From the NCBI GenBank assembly GCA_963422605.2, contig CAXXUF010000002.1, positions 1,781,848 through 1,845,847 of the forward strand: 64,000 nucleotides of DNA. Direction: 5' to 3'. Shown here piece by piece: positions 9,523 through 18,100 of this stretch (position 1 is the first letter of the stretch; the number at the start of each line of letters is the position of its first letter). This DNA comes from Tepidiformaceae bacterium (lineage in GTDB: Bacteria; Chloroflexota; Dehalococcoidia; Tepidiformales; Tepidiformaceae). The notes beneath the pieces were generated by a model. It searched no databases. It was not told where the DNA came from and saw only the letters and a program-made list of their open reading frames with translations. A program made the translations under genes and the position numbers.

Positions 9523-9921
9523 TTACGGAGCAAGCCCGGAGCCAGGCTCCTGGGGCGTGGGGAGATACTCCGCGGGAATCTTCGGGGGGGCCGGTCCGGC
9601 CTCCGCGATAGTGACGTAGATCGCGTTCACACCTGGAAAGAGGTCGATTTCGCGGGCGCGCCTCGCAATGCGTCCGACGGAGGTCAGCCGCGCGACATCC
9701 GCTTCCAGGAGCTGCAGCTCGGCGTGGAGGACGTCCTCCTCTGCCCGCAGTTCCTCGAGATTAAACCCCTGGCTCGTCATGGAGCTGTTCTGGAACACGG
9801 CCGCTATTGCGCTCGCCGAGACGATGAGTATGCCCGCGAGCATCCAGCTGCTCGCGCCCAGCCACGGCAGGGTGAGCTGCCCCGGGCGGGTCTGCGGCGC
9901 GGGACGGTCGATGGCGGTCAT
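9523..9921 (-). CDS. ftsL: Cell division protein FtsL-like (single TM plus coiled coil)
   Basis: Track ORF 9523..10086 trimmed to ATG 9921 (MTAIDRPAPQ...). TM WMLAGILIVSASAIAAVF, then LEELRAEEDVLHAELQLLEADVARL. ATGA overlap with the rsmH stop. Lies between rsmH and ftsI as expected. Confidence 0.7.
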   Translation of the reverse strand: MTAIDRPAPQTRPGQLTLPWLGASSWMLAGILIVSASAIAAVFQNSSMTSQGFNLEELRAEEDVLHAELQLLEADVARLTSVGRIARRAREIDLFPGVNAIYVTIAEAGPAPPKIPAEYLPTPQEPGSGLAP

Positions 9922-10895
9922 GACGGCGCCTGGTCTTTCCGCATCGCCGCGCGGAGCCTGGCGCTGCGCGCGCGCGGGTTGCGCGCGATCTCGCGCTCGC
10001 CCGGGCGCACGCCGTGCCGCGTGATGCGTGTGAGCGTCGCGCGGTGATCGCAGCGGCACTCCGGCAGGACCGTGGGGCAGAGGCAATCGCGCGATTCGCG
10101 CTCGAAGAATTGCTTCACCGTGCGGTCCTCGAGTGAATGGAAGGTGATGGTGACGAGCCGCCCGCCTTCGCGGGCAGACCCAAAGCCGAGCAGGCTGCGG
10201 GCAAGCGGCAAGACCGTGTGGAGCGAGTCGAGTTCGCCATTCACACGAAGCCGAAGCGCGAGAAATACCCTCGTGGCGGGGTGTTGTCGGGTTCGGTCTC
10301 TCGCGCCCCCCGCAGCCTGCTCGACGGCTTTGGCTAAATCCAGGGTTGAGCGCAGCGGCCGCGCTGCCGTCACCGCCCGTGCGATGCGGCGGGCGCCCCG
10401 CACCTCTCCCAGTTTGCGGAAGAGGTCGGCGAGCGCTGGCTCGTCCCAGGTGTTGAGAATGTCCGCAGCCGTCAGGCCGTCCGACGACTGGTTCATGCGC
10501 ATATCGAGCGGCCCTTCGTGGGCGAAGGCGAAGCCCCGCTCGGGCGTATCCAGCTGTAGCGAGGAGACGCCGAGGTCCATCAGGATGCCGTCGACCGTGG
10601 CGAACCCCTCCGTCATCGCGATCGCGGTGAGTTCGCGGAAGTTCCCGTGCACGAGGCTGACCCGCCTCCCAAACGGAGCCAACCTCGCGCGCGTGAACTC
10701 CAGCGCCTCGCGGTCCCGGTCGATGCAGAGCAGCCGTCCCTCTGGCCCCATCGCCTCGGCGATGGCGGCGCTGTGGCCGCCCGTCCCGGCCGTGCAGTCG
10801 ATGTAGGCGCCGCCTTCGCGCACGGCGAGGTAGCGCAGAGCCTCCTCGAGGAGTACGGGCGTATGCGGCGCGGGCGGCGATGTCACGGCAGTCAC
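9918..10895 (-). CDS. rsmH: 16S rRNA (cytosine1402-N4)-methyltransferase RsmH (MraW)
   Basis: Track ORF 9918..11420 trimmed to GTG 10895 (VTAVTSPPAPHTPVLLEEALRYL...). Contains YIDCTAGTGGHS and DLGVSSLQLD motifs. GTG 10886 is an alternative start. Confidence 0.9.
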   Translation of the reverse strand: MTAVTSPPAPHTPVLLEEALRYLAVREGGAYIDCTAGTGGHSAAIAEAMGPEGRLLCIDRDREALEFTRARLAPFGRRVSLVHGNFRELTAIAMTEGFATVDGILMDLGVSSLQLDTPERGFAFAHEGPLDMRMNQSSDGLTAADILNTWDEPALADLFRKLGEVRGARRIARAVTAARPLRSTLDLAKAVEQAAGGARDRTRQHPATRVFLALRLRVNGELDSLHTVLPLARSLLGFGSAREGGRLVTITFHSLEDRTVKQFFERESRDCLCPTVLPECRCDHRATLTRITRHGVRPGEREIARNPRARSARLRAAMRKDQAPS

Positions 10896-10896
10896 G

Positions 10897-11349
10897 CTAG
10901 GCCGCCCCGCCGCCGCCGGGCGGCGCCTCGGCGAGCCGCTGGAGCGCATTCGCGCGGGCGGCCGGCAGCATCGGTTCCTGCGCTTCCCACAGGCCGCGGT
11001 CCCAGATCTCGAGGTGCTGGTCGTTTCCGAGGACGACCACGTCGCGCTCGATGTCTGCGTGGGCGAGGAGCTTTGCCGGGATGAGCAGGCGGCCCTGGGC
11101 GTCCCGCTGCACATCGAAAGAGGAGGAGTAGAAGGCGCGGCGGAGCAGGCGGCCTTCCTCGGAGAAGGCGGGCACGCGCTCGACCACGCGCGCCTCCGCT
11201 TCGTACCCTTCGGGGGTGTACACCTCGATGCAGCCGTCCAGACCCGGGATGAGGATGGCGCCGTTCGCGAAGTCCTCGCGGAACTTCGGGGGCAGCGCCA
11301 CCCGCTTGCGGTCGTCCAGCTGGTACTCGAAGTTCCCACGGAAGGCCAT
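10897..11349 (-). CDS. mraZ: Transcriptional regulator MraZ
   Basis: 150 aa, MAFRGNFEYQLDDRKRVALPPKFRE.... Two SpoVT/AbrB-like halves carry DxxxR motifs (DDRKRVALP, DAQGRLLIP). First gene of the dcw cluster. Confidence 0.93.
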   Translation of the reverse strand: MAFRGNFEYQLDDRKRVALPPKFREDFANGAILIPGLDGCIEVYTPEGYEAEARVVERVPAFSEEGRLLRRAFYSSSFDVQRDAQGRLLIPAKLLAHADIERDVVVLGNDQHLEIWDRGLWEAQEPMLPAARANALQRLAEAPPGGGGAA

Positions 11350-11405
11350 GTCGATTCCCCAGGAAGGGATAACTCTGCCGATTTAGAAGATTCCTGGGCA
11401 AGATT

Positions 11406-11430
11406 CCCATCTTCACCCACATCTCACCAC
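11406..11430 (-). promoter_or_regulatory. Candidate MraZ operator: three direct (G/A)TGG(T/G) repeats at 10-bp phasing
   Basis: The minus strand reads GTGGTgagatGTGGGtgaagATGGGaatct, starting a few nt after the -10 hexamer. This matches the TGGGN direct-repeat architecture I recall for E. coli MraZ binding at Pmra. Confidence 0.5.
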
Positions 11431-11434
11431 TCGG

Positions 11435-11464
11435 ACTATAGGGACGCCTCTCAGAGTCTGTCAA
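11435..11464 (-). promoter_or_regulatory. Sigma70-type promoter of the dcw cluster (TTGACA-18 nt-TATAGT)
   Basis: The minus strand reads gcgTTGACAgactctgagaggcgtcccTATAGTccga. The -35 is at 11464-11459 and the -10 at 11440-11435, about 85 nt upstream of the mraZ ATG. Confidence 0.5.
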
Positions 11465-11563
11465 CGCTACCCGGTGGATTCCCCGCAGCTGGATCCCCGC
11501 CACCGCGCGTGGCTACCCCGAAGCAGTGGGCCGACCGGTTGGCGGGCGCGCTAGACTGTCCGG

Positions 11564-12049
11564 ATGGCGCGGATCGCGGTTCTCACGGCTTCCGACAGCG
11601 TGGCTGCGGGGACGCGCGTGGACGAGGGCGGCGACCTCCTGGTAGCGCGTTGCCGTGAGGAGGGGCACGCGGTGACGGCGCGCGCGTCGCTCCCCGACGA
11701 TCGCGCAGCGCTCGCCGCCCAGCTCGCCGCCTGGTGCGATGCCGCCGCCGCAGATTTGATCCTGACGACGGGTGGTACGGGCCTGACCCCCCGTGACCTC
11801 ACGCCTGAGGCCACGCGCGACATCGCTGAGCGCGACGTACCCGGCATCCCCCTCGCCATCGCGCAGGAGGGGCTGCGCCACACGCCCTACGCCATCCTCT
11901 CGCGCGGGCTCGCCGTCACGCGCGGCAAGACGCTCATCGTCAACCTGCCAGGTAGCCCCGGGGGCGTCGCCGACGGCCTCGCTGTGCTCCTCCCGCTGCT
12001 GTCCCATATCGGGGAACTGCTCGCCGGCCCCGTCGAGCACGACGGATGA
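11564..12049 (+). CDS. mog: Molybdopterin adenylyltransferase MogA/MoaB family
   Basis: 161 aa, [12 protein letters not shown]...[20 protein letters not shown]...[11 protein letters not shown]. These are MoCF_biosynth domain hallmarks. Confidence 0.88.
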   Translation: MARIAVLTASDSVAAGTRVDEGGDLLVARCREEGHAVTARASLPDDRAALAAQLAAWCDAAAADLILTTGGTGLTPRDLTPEATRDIAERDVPGIPLAIAQEGLRHTPYAILSRGLAVTRGKTLIVNLPGSPGGVADGLAVLLPLLSHIGELLAGPVEHDG

Positions 12050-12726
12050 GGGTCGATGTCCTGACGCTCTTCCCCGAGGCATTCAGCGGCCCGCTCGACG
12101 TCTCCATCATCAGGCGCGCCCGCGACGACGGCCTGCTCGCGCTCCACCTGCACGATATCCGCGAGCACGCCACCGACCGCCATCGCACAGTCGACGACCA
12201 GCCCTTCGGGGGTGGCCACGGGATGGTCCTGAAGGTCGACGTGCTCGTCGCTGCCCTGCGAGCCGTGCAGGCGACGGCGGAGCCCCCCGGCCACGTCGTC
12301 TACCTCTCGCCCCAGGGCGAGCGCCTGAACGACGCGCTTGTGCGCGAACTCGCGACGTATCCGCGCCTCGTCCTCGTGGCCGGCCGCTACGAAGGCGTCG
12401 ATGAGCGCTTCGTCGAGCGCTGCGCCGACTGCGAGGTCTCGATCGGCGACTACGTCCTCACGGGCGGCGAGCTGCCCGCGATGGTGCTCATCGAGGCGAT
12501 GGCGCGCCACCTTCCGGGCGCGCTTGGCGATGCCGCTTCGCCCCGCGAGGAGTCGTTCGCGGACGGCCTCCTCGAACACCCTCAGTACACGCGCCCCGCC
12601 GACTACCGCGGCTGGACCGTCCCCGAGGTGCTCCTCAGCGGCCACCACGCCGAGATAGAGCGCTGGAAGCGCGAGCAGCGCCTCCGCCGCACGCGCGCCC
12701 GCCGCCCCGACCTGCTCGGCGAGTGA
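12046..12726 (+). CDS. trmD: tRNA (guanine37-N1)-methyltransferase TrmD
   Basis: 226 aa, [25 protein letters not shown]...[15 protein letters not shown]...[10 protein letters not shown]...[18 protein letters not shown] overlap with the mog stop. Confidence 0.93.
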   Translation: MRVDVLTLFPEAFSGPLDVSIIRRARDDGLLALHLHDIREHATDRHRTVDDQPFGGGHGMVLKVDVLVAALRAVQATAEPPGHVVYLSPQGERLNDALVRELATYPRLVLVAGRYEGVDERFVERCADCEVSIGDYVLTGGELPAMVLIEAMARHLPGALGDAASPREESFADGLLEHPQYTRPADYRGWTVPEVLLSGHHAEIERWKREQRLRRTRARRPDLLGE

Positions 12727-12732
12727 GGGATA

Positions 12733-12927
12733 TCAGCGTCTGGCGAGCTCCTCAGTCATCTTCTGCAGCGTATCATGAGCAGCCTTCAGTTCGTGCCCTG
12801 CTTGCCGAAAGGCCAGGTCGTACGTCCTCTCGAAGTCGGGGAACTGTGGATCGCTTCGCTCAACTGCAAAGGAGTAGATGAGCCTGCCTTCCTCGTTCCT
12901 GATCTCGACCTGGATGGAACCGTCCAT
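12733..12927 (-). CDS. Hypothetical small protein (64 aa)
   Basis: Track ORF MDGSIQVEIRNEEGRLIYSFAVERSDPQFPDFERTYDLAFRQAGHELKAAHDTLQKMTEELARR. Its balanced, non-shadow amino-acid composition sits in an AT-richer intergenic patch. I recognise no family. Confidence 0.45.
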   Translation of the reverse strand: MDGSIQVEIRNEEGRLIYSFAVERSDPQFPDFERTYDLAFRQAGHELKAAHDTLQKMTEELARR

Positions 12928-13229
12928 GGCGAGTGCGCAGCGCTACAATCTGCTCTCGGATCGACTGGGGCGGAATGCAATGCAGGACCAGTCTGGCCGG
13001 TGCGTACCTCACCCTGGAGCGCGTGTAGCGCAGGCAGCAGGCTTCCAGGGTTGGCAGCTGTGATTCACTGTGTCATTTCCTTGTAGGCTTTAGATGCGGC
13101 GTCGTGCGCGGCTTCAGTGGCACTGCGAGCCCGCTGCGCTTGCCAAACACGAGCGTAAGTCTGCCCCTGCGAGTGCAGCGTTGCCGATATCGATAGCGGC
13201 AATACTCCAGAGCCCCATCGGGACGGAGT

Positions 13230-14515
13230 TTACTCCATGTGCTCCCAGTCGATCATCAGCACCTCGATCTCGTCGCCGGGCTCGGCGTGGGGCAGGTCTT
13301 CGGGGATGACGGTGAGACCGTTGGCGGCGCTCATGCTCGTGAGGATGCCGCTGCCTTGCGGGCCCGTCAGGTCGGCGTAGTAGCGCCCGTCCGCTCCCTT
13401 TGTCACGATGCAGCGCGCGAAGAACCGGCGCCCGTCCGTGTTCACCACGCGGTCGCGCGTGATCGCCTTGACCACGGGCCGCTCCCAGCCGTCCCGTCCG
13501 AGCATCCTGAAGATGGCGGGGCGTCCGAAGAGCTCGAAGGCAACCATCGAGCTGACAGGGTTCCCGGGGAGCCCCAGGTGGGGGACGCGCCGCCCGTCGG
13601 CGCCTCGAACGCGCCGAACGCGAGCGGCTTGCCCGGCTTCATGCGCACTGTCCAGAAGTCGATCGCACCCTCGCGCGCGAGCACGTCCTTGACCACGTCG
13701 AAGTCGCCGCGGGAGACGCCCGCGCTGGTCACGATCATGTCGGCGTCGAGCCCCGCGCGGATCTTCGCGGTCAGGTCTTCGACTGTGTCGCGGGCGATGC
13801 CGAGGAAGCGTGGGCGCCCCCCGAACGCGCGTACGAGCGCCGCCACGCTGTGCGCGTTCGCATCGTAGATCTGGCCCAGGCGGCGCTCCCCGCCAGGCGT
13901 GACGATCTCGTCGCCGGTTGAGAGGATGGCGACCTCGGGGCGGCGATACACGGAGACCTCCGTGCGGCCGATGCTGGCCAGCACGCCAATCTCGGAGGCG
14001 CGCACCACGCGCCCCGCCTCCAGCACCACCTGCCCCGCGCGGATGTCCTCGCCCCGCCGGCGGATGTTGGCCGCAGGCGCGGCGGCCTTGAAGACCCCCA
14101 CGGTGCCGCCACGGACAGGGACCTGGCCCGGCTCGCGCAGGCGCTCGTCCGTCTCTTCGAAGGGCACGATCGCGTCCGCGCCGGGAGGGATGGGCGCGCC
14201 CGTCATGATGCGCACGGCCTCGCCTTCGCCCAGCGCGGTCTCGAGTACATAACCCGCGGCCAGGTCGGCGATCACGGTGAGCGTGCGCGGGTTCGCCTCG
14301 CTCGCCCCCGCCGTGTCCGCGAAGCGCACGGCGTAGCCGTCCATGGCGGTGTTGTCGAGCGGGGGGATGTCGAACCCGGCGACGACGTCCTCGGCGAGCG
14401 CCTGCCCGAGCGCGTCGAGCACGGGCGTGGGCTCCGGTTCGAGGCGCGCGATGAAGGCAAGGATGCGCGCGCGCGCCTCCTCCACGCTGATCATCGCCGA
14501 GGCGGGGATCGTCAC
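13230..14515 (-). pseudogene. moeA: Molybdopterin molybdenumtransferase MoeA, interrupted by an apparent 1-nt frameshift near 13603-13614
   Basis: Track ORF 13442..14515 reads as MoeA up to ...MKPGKPLAFGAFEAP and then turns to nonsense. A second frame continues DGRRVPHLGLPGNPVSSMVAFELFGRPAIFRMLG... into track ORF 13230..13547, the MoeA C-terminal domain. Motifs seen: PLDNTAMDGYAV, TGDE, SAGVSRGDFD, GLPGNPVS. Confidence 0.75.
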
Positions 14516-14536
14516 GGTCGTGGGGTTGCGGGGTGC

Positions 14537-14785
14537 CTAGCCGAGCCGTACCGCCAGGCAGGTGGTAGTGCGCTGGACGCCCGTGACGGTCTGGATCGCA
14601 TTGGTGATGGCCGTACCGAGGATATCGAGGTCTTCCGCCTCGATCTGGACGATGACGTCGTAGGGGCCTGTCACCGTGTCAACGGCGAGCACGCTCGCGC
14701 CCGGATAGCTCAGTGTGGCGGCGGCGGCGCCCACCGCCTTCGCACTGCCCACGTCTGTTTCGATAAGGACGTATCCTCGAACCAC
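14537..14785 (-). CDS. Lrp/AsnC ligand-binding (RAM) domain protein, stand-alone
   Basis: 82 aa, MVRGYVLIETDVGSAKAVGAAAATLSYPGASVLAVDTVTGPYDVIVQIEAEDLDILG.... This is the AsnC_trans_reg-type pattern (TGxYD(l/v)i). Confidence 0.7.
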   Translation of the reverse strand: MVRGYVLIETDVGSAKAVGAAAATLSYPGASVLAVDTVTGPYDVIVQIEAEDLDILGTAITNAIQTVTGVQRTTTCLAVRLG

Positions 14786-14842
14786 GCTCTCCTCCGTTGG
14801 CGAGTTGGCTACGGCCCATGATTCGGCTCGTTCCAGGGGCTG

Positions 14843-16900
14843 TCAAGAACCGCCGTAGGTGGGCTCCGTGGCGGGTAGCAGGTACTCGACGGCGATCTCC
14901 CCTGTGATCGCGCCGGCGCTCACGCGCACCGGCGCGGTCAGCTGCAACTGCTGGATCTGGCAGAGTGCCTCCTCGCCGGTGCGGCAGTAGTAGACCACGC
15001 CCTCGCCCGCGATCTCCGCTTCGCCCGCGCGCAGCTCAATGGGCACGGGGATCGTGATCGCGGCCTCATCCGTCTTCCAGGTCAGGAGCGTCTCGCCGAG
15101 CGCCGCCACGCTCTCGCTGTTTGTGGCGAGTGTGAGCCGCGAGGGCGCGGCGCTGTTGAGGTGGAAGTCCGGCGGCGACCGGAACGTGATCCGCAGTGTG
15201 CCTGCCCCGGGGGTGACGACCTGTGTGGGGAGCCGCACGCGCAGGATGCCGTCGTCGCTGAGGCGCGGGATGGCTGCCGCCAGGTTCGAGAGCGACAGCG
15301 TCGTGACCTCCGTGCTGGCGGGATCGATGACGCGGATCACGTGGTTGCCGGTGTCGGCCAGGTAGAGCCGCCCGCGCGCCAGGCTGAGGCTATTCGGCTC
15401 CTCGAAGGCCGCGCCCGCGCCCGCTGCGTCGACCCAGCCGCGCGTGCCCTCCCCGGCGACCGTGGCGACGGCGCCGTCCGCAAGCGTGAATGCGCGCAGC
15501 TTGTGGTTGTAGGTGTCCGCGATATAGATCACGCCGTCGCCGAGCGCGAGTCCCTGCGCGTGCTGGATCTGCGCCGTGGCGGCGGGGCCGTCGCGGTCGC
15601 CCCAGTCGAACAGCCCGGTGCCGAGGAGCGTCTCGACCTCGCCGATGCCCTCGTAGGGAACCCGCCGCAGCGAGCTGGACTCTGCGTCGACCCAGTAGAG
15701 GTGGGTGGCGTCGCCGGTGATGCCGCTCGGCTGCGCGAGGGTTGCGGTATCGAGCCTGTGGCCGTCGCCGATGTCCTCCCAGCGCGTCCCTGCGAAGACG
15801 CTGAGGAGGTCCAGCTCCAGATCGAGCGCCCATATCTGGTGGGCGCCGGCCATGGCGATGTAGAGCGTGCCGTCGTGCTCGTGCAGGTCCCAGGGTGAGT
15901 TGAGCCTCGTGCTCGCGGGTGGATCGCCCTCGACGAGCGAGAACGCCTTCTTGCCCGAGCCCGCGATCGTCGTCACCTCGCCCGTCGTCAGGTCGAGTGC
16001 GCGGATGGCGTGGTTGCGCGTGTCGGCCACCCAGAGTGTGCGCCCATCAGGCGAGAGTTCGAGCCCCTGGGGGTCGCGGAAGCGGGCTTCAGCGGGGCCG
16101 CCGTCGACGAGCCCGGGCTCGCCCGATCCGTATGCGCCGCGCACCACGCCCTCCAGGTCGGTCACGACGATACGGTGGTGGCCCGCGTCCGCGATGAAGA
16201 GACGCCCCCCCGCCTCGTCCGCCAGCACCTCGCTGGGGAATGAGAGGAAGGTCGACGCGACGATGGTCTGAAGCGCGAGCGGGAGCGGCGTCTCGTCGAT
16301 GAGGCCGAGTCGCGTGAACTCCGCATGGAGGCTCGCGATGATGGGCTGGAACACGTTGTAGACGCCCTCGCCGGCACGCCCGCCGACCACGTTGCCGCGC
16401 GGGTCGATGACGACGATCGTGGGCCAGGCCCGCGCCCCCCACTGCCGCCACACGGTGAATCGAGGGTCGTTTACGACGGGGTGCTTGAGGCCGTAGCGGG
16501 CGATCGCCTCGGCCACGGCTTCGTCCTCCTGCTCCTCCGAGTACTTGCCGGAGTGCACGCCGATGACGGCGAGGCTGTGGCCGAACTCCTCTTCCAGCCG
16601 GTTGAGGTCGGGGATGATGTGCTGGCAGTTGATACAGCCCTGCGTCCAGAAATCGAGCATCACGATCTTGCCGCGCAGCTTCTCGAACGTGAGCGGCTCG
16701 CTCACGTTGAACCAGGTGAGACCGTCGGGGAATGCGGGCGCGGGATCCGTGCCCGCGTACGATTCCGCGGGCGCGGCGGGGGTGGGGGCAGCCTGCGTGG
16801 CTTGCGGCTCGACCGCGTCGTTCCCGCCGCAGGCAGAGGCTGCCAGCACGCCCGCTGCGATGGTACCCAACCCCGCTCGCCAGAGCCGGCGCGCTCCCAT
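14843..16900 (-). CDS. Thioredoxin-like (redoxin) domain plus NHL-repeat beta-propeller protein, probable lipoprotein
   Basis: Track ORF 14843..16948. Likely start is ATG 16900 (MGARRLWRAGLGTIAAGVLAASAC, a lipobox). The redoxin part carries FWTQGCINCQ (CxxC). Repeated NHL-like units follow (LFIADAGHHRIVV, LWVADTRNHAIRAL, IYIADTYNHKLRAF, LYLADTGNHVIRVI). Confidence 0.85.
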   Translation of the reverse strand: MGARRLWRAGLGTIAAGVLAASACGGNDAVEPQATQAAPTPAAPAESYAGTDPAPAFPDGLTWFNVSEPLTFEKLRGKIVMLDFWTQGCINCQHIIPDLNRLEEEFGHSLAVIGVHSGKYSEEQEDEAVAEAIARYGLKHPVVNDPRFTVWRQWGARAWPTIVVIDPRGNVVGGRAGEGVYNVFQPIIASLHAEFTRLGLIDETPLPLALQTIVASTFLSFPSEVLADEAGGRLFIADAGHHRIVVTDLEGVVRGAYGSGEPGLVDGGPAEARFRDPQGLELSPDGRTLWVADTRNHAIRALDLTTGEVTTIAGSGKKAFSLVEGDPPASTRLNSPWDLHEHDGTLYIAMAGAHQIWALDLELDLLSVFAGTRWEDIGDGHRLDTATLAQPSGITGDATHLYWVDAESSSLRRVPYEGIGEVETLLGTGLFDWGDRDGPAATAQIQHAQGLALGDGVIYIADTYNHKLRAFTLADGAVATVAGEGTRGWVDAAGAGAAFEEPNSLSLARGRLYLADTGNHVIRVIDPASTEVTTLSLSNLAAAIPRLSDDGILRVRLPTQVVTPGAGTLRITFRSPPDFHLNSAAPSRLTLATNSESVAALGETLLTWKTDEAAITIPVPIELRAGEAEIAGEGVVYYCRTGEEALCQIQQLQLTAPVRVSAGAITGEIAVEYLLPATEPTYGGS

Positions 16901-17029
16901 TGTTTTGCTCCAGAGCCTCCGTGTGCCCGCCGCGGGCGGCCCGTGCATGAGGCGTTGCCGTCTCCGATCAGTGTAGGGGCGATGGGCTGCGTTCGCCCGT
17001 CGCCTGTACCAAACCCAAACCTATAATCA

Positions 17030-18094
17030 GTGGCGTCGATGTCCACGATCGAAGCGGAGGTTGACGCGCTCCGTGCGGAGGCGCTGGAGGCGCTCGCGGG
17101 CGCGGACGGCGAGGCCGAGCGCGAGGCATGGCGCGCGCAGTGGTTGGGGCGCCGGGATGGACGCCTCACGCTGCGCCTGCGCGCACTCAGGGACGCCTCT
17201 CCCGCGGAGCGCGCCGCGCTCGGCAAGTCGCTGAACGATCTCAAGGCGCGCCTCGAACGCGAGTTCGGAGAGCGCCGCGAGGCCGCGCGCGCCGAAGCCG
17301 TCGCCGCCCTCTCGGCGGACGCCGCGCTCGATGTGACGCTGCCCGGCCGTCCCCAGCTCCGGGGCGGCCTCCACCCCGTGACGCAGACGCTGAACGACTG
17401 CATCGAGGTCTTCGCGGAGATGGGCTTCCGCGTGTTCGAGGGGCCCGAGGTCGAGTGGGCCGCCTACAACTTCGACGCCGTCCGTATCCCCGCCGACCAC
17501 CCTGCGCGTGACATGTGGGACACCATCTGGGTCGATACGCTCATCGAGGGCGAACGCAAGATGCTGCTGCGCACGCATACCTCGCCCAATCAGATCCGCG
17601 TGATGGAGCAGAGCGAACCGCCCGTGCGCGTGATTGTCCCCGGGAAGTGCTACCGCCAGGAGGCGACGGACGCCACGCACGAGTGGATGCTGACCCAGAT
17701 CGAGGGCCTCGCCGTGGACGAAGGCGTGCGTATGAGCGACCTCAAGGGGACGCTCTACGCCTTCGCCCGCCGCCTCTTCGGCGAGCAGCGCGAGATCATC
17801 TTCCACCACAGCTACTTCCCGTTCGTCGAGCCCGGCGTCGAGATGGCGATCGACTGCTTCATCTGCCGCGCGGACGGGAGCGCCTGCCGCACCTGTCACG
17901 GCACTGGCTGGATCGAGATCCTCGGCGCGGGCATGGTCCACCCCGAGATCATCGACAACGCCGGCTACGACTCGACGAAGCACACCGGCTTCGCTTTCGG
18001 CGTCGGCATCGAGCGCGTCGCCATGCTCCGCTGGGGGATCGAGGACATCCGCCACTTCTACCAGAACGACCTGCGCTTCCTGCGGCAGTTCTGA
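17030..18094 (+). CDS. pheS: Phenylalanine--tRNA ligase alpha subunit
   Basis: 354 aa, with HPARDMWDT, LRTHTSPNQIR and FPFVEPGVEMAI...GWIEILGAGMVHP. ATG 17039 is an alternative start. Confidence 0.95.
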   Translation: MASMSTIEAEVDALRAEALEALAGADGEAEREAWRAQWLGRRDGRLTLRLRALRDASPAERAALGKSLNDLKARLEREFGERREAARAEAVAALSADAALDVTLPGRPQLRGGLHPVTQTLNDCIEVFAEMGFRVFEGPEVEWAAYNFDAVRIPADHPARDMWDTIWVDTLIEGERKMLLRTHTSPNQIRVMEQSEPPVRVIVPGKCYRQEATDATHEWMLTQIEGLAVDEGVRMSDLKGTLYAFARRLFGEQREIIFHHSYFPFVEPGVEMAIDCFICRADGSACRTCHGTGWIEILGAGMVHPEIIDNAGYDSTKHTGFAFGVGIERVAMLRWGIEDIRHFYQNDLRFLRQF

Positions 18095-18100
18095 GCGGCC

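Noticed and set aside
16949-17029. T-box or attenuator leader upstream of pheS (and likewise upstream of aspS at 26969-27020)
   Set aside because: The spacers are only ~80 and ~50 nt, too short for a T-box. Only a TATAAT hexamer (17019-17024) is visible, with no convincing -35.
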